From Bacteroidales bacterium (lineage in GTDB: Bacteria > Bacteroidota > Bacteroidia > Bacteroidales > UBA1715): 64,000 bases of DNA. Below, piece by piece: positions 30,795-38,318 of the stretch. Both the position numbers and the translations under genes were made by a program. The DNA lies in the NCBI GenBank assembly GCA_027858745.1, contig JAQICB010000049.1, positions 50 to 64,049 on the forward strand. Reading direction: 5' to 3'. The notes beneath the pieces were generated by a model. That model ran no database searches. It had not been told where the DNA came from and saw only the letters and a list, made by a program, of their open reading frames with translations. Every line of letters starts with the position of its first letter. Position 1 is the first letter of the stretch.

Positions 30795-31148
30795 ATGCTC
30801 CAAAAATGTTTGCAAAAAGCTATTAACGAAACCGAATACATGAAACGAGGACTGACACCTCGCATTGCAGAAGACCTCTCTGATAGAATAAACCTAAAAA
30901 CCGGACACAAAATAGATGCAGACACACTATACAATATATATCGCACCACACCGCCTGAAAAATCGGTATGTATTGAAGACAAAAACGCATTAGCTCAATT
31001 TGCCCAATTTTATGATTGGGAGCATTTTGTGCAATTCAACACATACAAAATTTCGCACACACACAATTTTCAATTTGTATTCTACATTGCATTTTTTATG
31101 CTATCAATCTTTATCCTTATTCACCTCATCCGATATTTTTTCTTATAA
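30795..31148 (+). CDS. Hypothetical protein with C-terminal TM anchor
   Basis: 117-aa ORF. Soluble N-terminal ~85 aa, then one hydrophobic helix (FVFYIAFFMLSIFILIHLI). No family recognised and the start codon is uncertain. Confidence 0.4.
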   Translation: MLQKCLQKAINETEYMKRGLTPRIAEDLSDRINLKTGHKIDADTLYNIYRTTPPEKSVCIEDKNALAQFAQFYDWEHFVQFNTYKISHTHNFQFVFYIAFFMLSIFILIHLIRYFFL

Positions 31149-31321
31149 AAATCATTCATTTTTTATTATTTTTTCTTATTTTTATCGATTACATACAATC
31201 TTCAATTTATGAAGAATATATGTATACTGATAAATCATACAATTATACATTTTATAGGGTTTTAAAATTCATAATTGTCAGTATTAAGTAGAGTTTAGGG
31301 TTAATTTTATAATGAATACAT

Positions 31322-34300
31322 ATGAGAACAATACAACATTTTTTAGGATTATTTTTCATCTTATTTTTAACAGTAAATCTTGTTGCACAAGATTTAACGA
31401 ACAATGATTACACAAAAGCATTGTGGATGACCACGCGTATGTATGGCGGACAACGTTCGGGAGATGGACCCAACTGGCTGATAATGGATCACACACCTAG
31501 CTCTGCGGATATGAGTTTATTACAATCATCAAAAGGAGCTGATTTAAGCAAACTACAAGCCGGAAAATGTTTTACAGATGACGCTGACGGCGTTAATAGT
31601 CTTGAAGGCGGATGGGTTGACTGTGGAGACCATGTAAAATTCGGTCAAACATATTTTTATGCAGCATATACATTACTCAAAGCATACGCCGAATTCCCTG
31701 AAGGCTTCGACGATTTTTACTCATTTGATTATAGTGGATATCAATCAACAGGTAATTTTAGTTGGGAAGGTGGCGATGGAGAAGCAAACGGGATTCCTGA
31801 CATTTTAGATGAACTAAAATACCAAACAGACTTTTTAATACAATGTGCACCTAACTCAACAACATTTTATTCACAAGTAGGTGATGGTGATGCTGACCAC
31901 AAAAACTGGGTCACTTCAGTTGCAATGGCAACATTACCAAAATCTGAAGGAGGGCAAGCAGACGGACCCCGAAATTTTGTGAAAAATCCGAATGATGCCT
32001 CAATGCCATCAAATTGTGCAGCAACACTGGCATTAATGTCACGCATGTACGAACCATTTGACCCTGTATATGCTGCAACCTGCTTAACCCATGCAGAATA
32101 CGCATATCAATATGCAAAATCCAAACAAGGTGGAACAATTAGTGCGGGACAGTTTTATCTTGCAAATGCACGTTGGGAGGATGATTATATAAGTGCATGT
32201 GCCGAATTGTATTGGGCAACCGAAAACGAAAGTTATAAAACCGAAGCAATTGGACTAAAAGGAAGCATTGACAACCACAACTATGTATACTGCTACAATA
32301 ACAATGATGACGTTGCGGCATACAACTTAGCACTCTTAGGAGATACATATGGCGAAACATTATTAGAAGAATTTGCATTAATGTATAAAGCTGCTGTTAG
32401 CGACGAGGGTTTATACACAGGTGGCGATGCAACATGGGGTCCTCTCAGATACAATGCAAATGCTGCTTTTATTGTCGGTTTATGGCAAAAATATAATAAT
32501 GCAACTAGCGTTGATCAATTTATTTACGACCAAATAGATTATATTTTAGGTAGCAATTCAGCTGATTTTTCCTTTGTAGTTGGGTTTAATCGTGCAGGAT
32601 GCGGCTCATGTAATTCTGCACAACATCCGCATCACCGAAATGTGTTTTTATCGGACGACATCATGGCAAACCAAGACAATTTGGTAATTCCCACACGAAA
32701 TGCCCAACACGGATATATGATTGGTGGCTCACGAAATCCCAGTTTTACCGAAGATATAGGTGATTACCAAACATCAGAAGGTGGTATTGATTACAATGCA
32801 GGATTGGTGGCATCTTTAGGATATATTATATCAATGAACAATCCAGTAGACATTAATAAATTTGGCCATCCGACTCCTGAATTAGGCAATGAATTAACAT
32901 TATGTGGAACTGGCGAAGCTACTATTACTGCAACTGTTGATTTAAGCAGTCTGCAACCGGGAGAATCAATTACCTATAAATGGTATAAAGGTTCATCAAC
33001 AACACCGTTCAACGAAGGAACAAATCTCACAAGTGTTACGGTAACACAAGCAGACACATACCGCTGTGAAATTGTTGAAACATCAGGATCATGGATAACA
33101 TCAGACGATGTTGTAGTTTCTGCCGAATTACCAACTGTTGATTTAGGTGCAAATGCTGAACTTTGTGAAGCGTCAACAAAAATACTTGACGCCGGAGTTT
33201 CCGGTACCGGCATTAATTACGCATGGTCGATAGGCGGCTCTGTCATTTCTCAAGCAACATCACAAACATATACCGCATATAATGCCGGAACATATTCTGT
33301 AACCGTAAGTGCTGCAGGATGCACAAGTAAATCAGACAATATTACTATCACTTCATTATTACCGGAAGTTCAACACGACACGATTTGTACAGCTGGAACA
33401 ATAAATCTCGCCGTTCTTACACCGGGAACATATACATGGTATGACGCAGAAACTAATGGCTCAATATTAGGAACAGAAACAACATATTCAACAAGTATTA
33501 GTGAGTCTACAACATTTTACGTACAAGATGCGAATTCTTTTATAGGTTCTGTCGGACCTACATCGATTGTAGGGGCAGGAACAAACTGGGGTATTAGTGC
33601 AACCAATCATCTTAACTTCACCGCAGCTTCTGATTTTACAATTTTATCTTTAAAGGTAAGCTACGGAACTATTTATAATAATATATCAAATGGAACCATT
33701 TCTATTGAAATTCTTGACGGATCGGGAAATCCCTTTACTCCGGCAAAAATATTTACATCTGATGAGATGAATATTACAACTGCCATGTCGGGCTCCTTGG
33801 TGCAATTTACATTTACAGACTTTAATATAAGTAAAGATTGGGGGACCGATTTGCGAATGAGAATGAGTGACCAATCAATTAATGGTGCCTTAGAATTCAA
33901 TACAAGTGGAGCAAGTTATCCGTATGAATCTTCTCCCGCAGGTATTGTTAGTATTACCGGAAAATCAGGCGGTGGCGATGCAAGTGCTTATATGTATTTC
34001 TATGATTGGGAAATAATGGCAGGTTCTTCTTGTGCAAGAACTCCGGTTTTAGCAGTTATCGATCCAAATGCAGATTGTGGAGATACTCAAGTACCAACAG
34101 CTCCGGGAACTATTTCATTTAGTAATATCACGTTAGATTCTTTTAGCATAAGTTGGGGGGCATCGTCTGACAATACCGGAGTTACGGAATATGAGATATA
34201 TCTCGACGGCGCATTATATGAAACGGCATCGGGTACTACAACCAGCACAACAATTTCTAACTTAGATTGCAATACTGATTATACAGTAAAAATCCGAGCC

Positions 34301-35314
34301 AAAGATGCTGCGGGAAATATTTCAGACTTCAACACTGAAGCAACCACTACTACGAATAATGTGGAAACACCGATAATTACTAATTCCACACCTGAAATAT
34401 GTGAAGGAGATGAAATTATATTAAGCATTCCTTCTAGCTCGGGTGCTACCTATTCATGGTCCGGTCCCAATAGCTATTCTGCAACAACTAATTCCATAAG
34501 CAGAACAAATGCAACAACAAATATGGGTGGAACATATTCAGTTACACTAACAATTGACGGTTGTGCAAGCAATGCAGCGTCCTCAACAGTAACAATCAAT
34601 ACTATTCCCGATGCACCAATGGTATCATCTCCCGTTGAATATAATGTTGGGGAAACAGCTTCACCACTATCTGCAACAGGGAGCAATTTACTATGGTACA
34701 CTTCCCCTACAGGTTTAGGAAGTTCTACTGCACCAACACCTTCTGCTACAAGCGAAGGAACAACCCCATATTATGTAACTCAAAGTATAAACACTTGTGA
34801 ATCACCACAAGCTCAAATAGATGTTATTGTAACAAGTAATAGCATTACCCAAGATATAACACTCACATCGGGTTGGAATCTTATCTCTTTCTACACCCTA
34901 CCGAGCGATGCGAGTATTGAATCGGTATTTGGCACAGCCTTGTCTTCAATTTCAATAATAAAAAACAGTGATGGCTTTTATAAACCAGAATATATTTCTG
35001 AATTACAAAGCCTGCAAAACATTAGTTTAGGAGAAGCATACTTAGTTTTTGCAGAATCAACAGTTACTATTTCGGTATCGGGAGATATACCAACAAACAC
35101 AAACGTTTCGCTTACACAAGGATGGAATTTTATGGGCTATCCACAAGCAAGTGAAGGTGACCTGCAAACAGTATTATCTCCTATTTGGAGCAACACACAA
35201 ACTATCAAAAACTTTGATGCATTTAAAGATCAAACTTCCGGAACATTACAAATCTTATCTCCGGGAGAAGGATACTTTATTTATATGAATGTGGCTGAAA
35301 ATATTGATTTATAA
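31322..35314 (+). CDS. Multidomain glycoside hydrolase family 9 endoglucanase
   Basis: Signal peptide. GH9 catalytic-domain motifs: MYGGQRSG, GGWVDCGDHVKF, AQHPHHRN, GYMIGGSRNP, DYQTSEGGIDYNAGL. Followed by several Ig-like modules (repeated Cys-containing YxW...TY.C/V patterns), one Fn3 module (ISFSNITLDSFSISWGASSDNTGVTEYEIYLDG...YTVKIRAKDAAGN), and a C-terminal tandem GWNLISF/GWNFMGY module. Confidence 0.85.
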   Translation: MRTIQHFLGLFFILFLTVNLVAQDLTNNDYTKALWMTTRMYGGQRSGDGPNWLIMDHTPSSADMSLLQSSKGADLSKLQAGKCFTDDADGVNSLEGGWVDCGDHVKFGQTYFYAAYTLLKAYAEFPEGFDDFYSFDYSGYQSTGNFSWEGGDGEANGIPDILDELKYQTDFLIQCAPNSTTFYSQVGDGDADHKNWVTSVAMATLPKSEGGQADGPRNFVKNPNDASMPSNCAATLALMSRMYEPFDPVYAATCLTHAEYAYQYAKSKQGGTISAGQFYLANARWEDDYISACAELYWATENESYKTEAIGLKGSIDNHNYVYCYNNNDDVAAYNLALLGDTYGETLLEEFALMYKAAVSDEGLYTGGDATWGPLRYNANAAFIVGLWQKYNNATSVDQFIYDQIDYILGSNSADFSFVVGFNRAGCGSCNSAQHPHHRNVFLSDDIMANQDNLVIPTRNAQHGYMIGGSRNPSFTEDIGDYQTSEGGIDYNAGLVASLGYIISMNNPVDINKFGHPTPELGNELTLCGTGEATITATVDLSSLQPGESITYKWYKGSSTTPFNEGTNLTSVTVTQADTYRCEIVETSGSWITSDDVVVSAELPTVDLGANAELCEASTKILDAGVSGTGINYAWSIGGSVISQATSQTYTAYNAGTYSVTVSAAGCTSKSDNITITSLLPEVQHDTICTAGTINLAVLTPGTYTWYDAETNGSILGTETTYSTSISESTTFYVQDANSFIGSVGPTSIVGAGTNWGISATNHLNFTAASDFTILSLKVSYGTIYNNISNGTISIEILDGSGNPFTPAKIFTSDEMNITTAMSGSLVQFTFTDFNISKDWGTDLRMRMSDQSINGALEFNTSGASYPYESSPAGIVSITGKSGGGDASAYMYFYDWEIMAGSSCARTPVLAVIDPNADCGDTQVPTAPGTISFSNITLDSFSISWGASSDNTGVTEYEIYLDGALYETASGTTTSTTISNLDCNTDYTVKIRAKDAAGNISDFNTEATTTTNNVETPIITNSTPEICEGDEIILSIPSSSGATYSWSGPNSYSATTNSISRTNATTNMGGTYSVTLTIDGCASNAASSTVTINTIPDAPMVSSPVEYNVGETASPLSATGSNLLWYTSPTGLGSSTAPTPSATSEGTTPYYVTQSINTCESPQAQIDVIVTSNSITQDITLTSGWNLISFYTLPSDASIESVFGTALSSISIIKNSDGFYKPEYISELQSLQNISLGEAYLVFAESTVTISVSGDIPTNTNVSLTQGWNFMGYPQASEGDLQTVLSPIWSNTQTIKNFDAFKDQTSGTLQILSPGEGYFIYMNVAENIDL

Positions 35315-35346
35315 ACCTGAGTTCGATATAATTTTTTAGGTTCAGA
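35309..35346 (+). repeat. Short intergenic repeat, copy 2
   Basis: ttataaacctgagttcgatataattttttaggttcaga overlaps the GH9 stop codon (35312-35314). It has the same orientation relative to its upstream gene as copy 1. Contains GAGTTC/AGGTTC sub-motifs 19 nt apart, with a third (aggttc) at 35363. Confidence 0.65.
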
Positions 35347-35440
35347 ACGCTTATAAATAGTGAGGTTCAATCAAAAATAATGAAATAATAATGGGTTATT
35401 TTAAATTATTTTTGAGCTGAAGATGGCTGTTTATAAGCGG
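35347..35440. repeat. Imperfect 14-bp inverted repeat flanking a 66-nt AT-rich spacer
   Basis: Left arm acgcttataaatag (35347-35360). Right arm ctgtttataagcgg (35427-35440). The 10-bp core cgcttataaa/tttataagcg is perfect. The same gtttataagc 10-mer also occurs at 63-72. Confidence 0.55.
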
Positions 35441-35458
35441 AAAAAGTATGCTTTGCAT

Positions 35459-35493
35459 AAAAAAAAGGGCAATTGTAAATAATTGCCCTTTTT
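35459..35493. terminator. Bidirectional rho-independent terminator between the convergent GH9 and XRE-cupin genes
   Basis: A-run 35459-35466, stem gggcaatt (35467-35474) / aattgccc (35481-35488), 6-nt loop, T-run 35489-35493. Confidence 0.8.
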
Positions 35494-35518
35494 ATATGTT
35501 CTTATGTATATTTTACTC

Positions 35519-36067
35519 TTAAAAAACAACTGCTAAACAGCGAGAACGTTCACCATTTTCAGTTTTAAGAGCATGAGGAATATTTGCATCAAAATATACA
35601 TTATCACCTTCTTTCAAGTCAACAACCTCATCTTTAAAGTAAATTTTAATATGACCTTCTAAGACATAAATAAATTCTTGTCCCGAATGATTATTAAAAT
35701 GAACCTCTTCGTCGCTTGCATCTATTGTAATAATAAAAGGTTTTCCTAATTTATTTACAAAATTATGAGCAAGTGCCTGATATTTATATCGTTGATGACG
35801 CTCAACACTAACACCATCTCCTTTTCGAGTCACCGAGTATCCTATTTCAGTTGGTTTATCACCGGTCAACAAAATTGAAATATCAATTTTAAAACAATTT
35901 GCAATATTTAAAATAGCACTTACCGGTATATCTATTTGTCCCGATTCATAATCTTCATATTCATATTTATTAATATTCGTCTGATCCGCTACATCATCGA
36001 GACTGAGACCTAATTTTTCGCGGGTTTGTTTTATTCTTTCAGCAATTTCTTTTGTTAACTCTTTCAT
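35519..36067 (-). CDS. XRE-family HTH transcriptional regulator with C-terminal cupin domain
   Basis: N-terminal HTH_3 (IKQTREKLGLSLDDVADQTNINKYEYEDYESG). C-terminal cupin (HSGQEFIYVLEGHIKIYF...GDNVYFDANIPHAL). Confidence 0.85.
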   Translation of the reverse strand: MKELTKEIAERIKQTREKLGLSLDDVADQTNINKYEYEDYESGQIDIPVSAILNIANCFKIDISILLTGDKPTEIGYSVTRKGDGVSVERHQRYKYQALAHNFVNKLGKPFIITIDASDEEVHFNNHSGQEFIYVLEGHIKIYFKDEVVDLKEGDNVYFDANIPHALKTENGERSRCLAVVF

Positions 36068-36120
36068 AATTCTAGTATTAGAAAATTATTATACTTATAC
36101 AAATGTACGATTTATTTTTA

Positions 36121-37455
36121 TTATATACCGAGTTCACACATTACATCCGCCACTTTAATAAATGATGCTATATTTGCTCCGTCAGCATAGTCAATACTTC
36201 CGTTTGGCTGTATTCCATAATGCGAACACGTGTCATGAATTTCATTCATAATACGCCGCAATTTATCATCCACACCTTCGGTAGACCAGGTATAACGTTC
36301 TGAGTTTTGTGTCATCTCAAGTCCGGAAACAGCAACACCACCGGCATTTGAAGCCTTTCCCGGTGCATACCTGATGTCGGAATTTTTTATTAACTCTACC
36401 GCTTTATGACTACACGGCATGTTAGCACCCTCAACAATATACTGACAACCATTTTTTATTAAATGACGAGCATCTTCCTCGGTAATTTCATTTTGCGTAG
36501 CACAGGGTATTGCAATATCACACGGAATATTCCATGGTTTTCTATCAGGGTCATAGAGTAAATTATACTTTTGGGCAAGTGGACGAATAATATCATTGTT
36601 AGTTGCCCGCAATTCGAGTAAATACTCAATTTTTTCGGCATGAATACCGTGAGGATCGTGCACAAAACCATCGGGACCGGAAATAGCAATAATTTTTGCA
36701 CCGAGCTCATCAGCTTTTTTTACCGCTCCCCATGCAACATTGCCAAATCCTGAAATAATAATCCTTTTCCCGGCAATTGAATCATTATTAGCTGCAAGCA
36801 TATTTTCCAAAAAATACACTACACCATATCCTGTAGCTTCGGGTCGAATACGACTTCCACCCCAATCGAGACCTTTACCGGTAATAACACCAACATGCTG
36901 ACGGGTGAGGCGTTTATACATACCATATAAATACCCTATTTCTCGTCGTCCTACACCAATATCACCGGCAGGCACATCCATATTATGACCAATATCCGAC
37001 CACAATCGCAACATAAACGATTGACAAAACCGCATAATTTCTGACTCAGATTTTCCTTTCGGGTCAAAATCAGCTCCACCTTTCCCTCCACCTAATGGAA
37101 GAGTTGTTAAGCTGTTTTTAAAAACCTGTTCAAAGCCTAGGAATTTCAAAATACTCACATTAACACTTGGGTGAAAACGCAGACCACCTTTATATGGCCC
37201 GAGCACATTATTAAACTGTACTCGATATCCCATATTTACCTGAATATTTCCGTTATCATCGAGCCAAGGAACCTGAAACGAAATAATTCTATCAGGTATC
37301 GCAATTCGCTCTAATATATTAGCTTTCTGATATTTTTCCTGCGATTCATAAAAATCACCAATAGACGAAAAAAAATCAGAAACCGCCTGAATATATTCGG
37401 GTTCATGCGAAAATTTTTGCTCTAACTTTTCTAATATAATCTGAGCTTGAGACAT
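36121..37455 (-). CDS. gdhA: NADP-specific glutamate dehydrogenase
   Basis: 444 aa. YKGGLRFHPSV, LPLGGGKGGADFDPKG and GFGNVAWG (Rossmann) motifs. Confidence 0.96.
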   Translation of the reverse strand: MSQAQIILEKLEQKFSHEPEYIQAVSDFFSSIGDFYESQEKYQKANILERIAIPDRIISFQVPWLDDNGNIQVNMGYRVQFNNVLGPYKGGLRFHPSVNVSILKFLGFEQVFKNSLTTLPLGGGKGGADFDPKGKSESEIMRFCQSFMLRLWSDIGHNMDVPAGDIGVGRREIGYLYGMYKRLTRQHVGVITGKGLDWGGSRIRPEATGYGVVYFLENMLAANNDSIAGKRIIISGFGNVAWGAVKKADELGAKIIAISGPDGFVHDPHGIHAEKIEYLLELRATNNDIIRPLAQKYNLLYDPDRKPWNIPCDIAIPCATQNEITEEDARHLIKNGCQYIVEGANMPCSHKAVELIKNSDIRYAPGKASNAGGVAVSGLEMTQNSERYTWSTEGVDDKLRRIMNEIHDTCSHYGIQPNGSIDYADGANIASFIKVADVMCELGI

Positions 37456-37471
37456 AAATTCTTACTCTCAA

Positions 37472-38218
37472 TTATATTTGTAATCCGCCACAAATAGGAA
37501 TAACTTGTCCGGTAACGTATGCTGACAAATCAGAACCTAAGAACACACAAACATTTGCTACATCTTCCGTAGTTCCGGGACGATTGAGCGGAATTTGTTT
37601 TTTCCATTCTTCAATAACAGCTTCGGGTAATTGTGCCGTCATTTCTGTTAAAATAAAACCGGGAGCTACTGCATTTGAACGAATGTTTCGTGCACCCAAT
37701 TCTTTTGCGATAGATTTCGTAAAGCCAATCATTCCGGCTTTTGAAGCAGAATAATTTGCTTGATTTTTATTTCCGGAAACGCCCACAACAGAACTAATAT
37801 TTACAATACTACCCTCCGCTTGTTTCCACATAATTGGTTGAATTGCTTTCGTGAAATTAAACACCGATTTAAGATTCACTGCAATTACTGCATCCCATTG
37901 ATCTTCGGTCATTCGCTTTAGTGCACCATCTTTGGTAATACCGGCGTTATTCACTAAAATATCAATTCTTCCAAATTCTTCAAGAATATTTTTTACCACA
38001 TTCTGTGTATCATCAAAATTGGCTGCATTTGAAGCAAAACCTTTTGCTTTCACCCCCAAAGATGCAAGTTCTTTTTCAGTATTTTGAGCTGTTTCATTAT
38101 ATTCCAAATCAGTGAATGCAATATTACAACCTTCAGCAGCATATCGTAAAGCTATAGCTTTACCTATTCCACGAGCAGCACCCGTTACAAGAGCTGTTTT
38201 ACCTTCTAATAATTTCAT
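37472..38218 (-). CDS. fabG: 3-oxoacyl-[acyl-carrier-protein] reductase
   Basis: SDR with TGAARGIGKAIA, NNAGI and YSASKAG motifs. 248 aa. Confidence 0.88.
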   Translation of the reverse strand: MKLLEGKTALVTGAARGIGKAIALRYAAEGCNIAFTDLEYNETAQNTEKELASLGVKAKGFASNAANFDDTQNVVKNILEEFGRIDILVNNAGITKDGALKRMTEDQWDAVIAVNLKSVFNFTKAIQPIMWKQAEGSIVNISSVVGVSGNKNQANYSASKAGMIGFTKSIAKELGARNIRSNAVAPGFILTEMTAQLPEAVIEEWKKQIPLNRPGTTEDVANVCVFLGSDLSAYVTGQVIPICGGLQI

Positions 38219-38282
38219 ATATTGTACACTTTAAATTAAAAATATTTATTTATTATATTTTCTTTTTAGATAAAAAGATTGA

Positions 38283-38313
38283 CAAATATACGCAGTCTCA
38301 CTGAGAAAACAAA
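38283..38313 (-). promoter_or_regulatory. Bacteroidota-type promoter for fabG-gdhA
   Basis: Minus strand: TTTG (38313-38310), a 19-nt spacer, then TATATTTG (38290-38283), an exact TAnnTTTG. Lies ~65 nt upstream of the fabG start. Confidence 0.45.
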
Positions 38314-38318
38314 AAAGC

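Noticed and set aside
31000-31291. Two overlapping ORFs (70 and 91 aa) in the region between 30795..31148 and the GH9 gene
   Set aside because: The stretch is extremely AT-rich, the translations are low-complexity (F/I/Y/H-rich), the ORFs overlap each other and the 117-aa ORF, and there is no signal or motif support.
35319-35372. tRNA T-arm-like strings (gagttcga, aggttcaga, gaggttcaatc) that suggested a tRNA or tRNA fragment
   Set aside because: I could find no acceptor stem, D-arm or anticodon arm around any of them. They are better described as sub-motifs of the short repeat.
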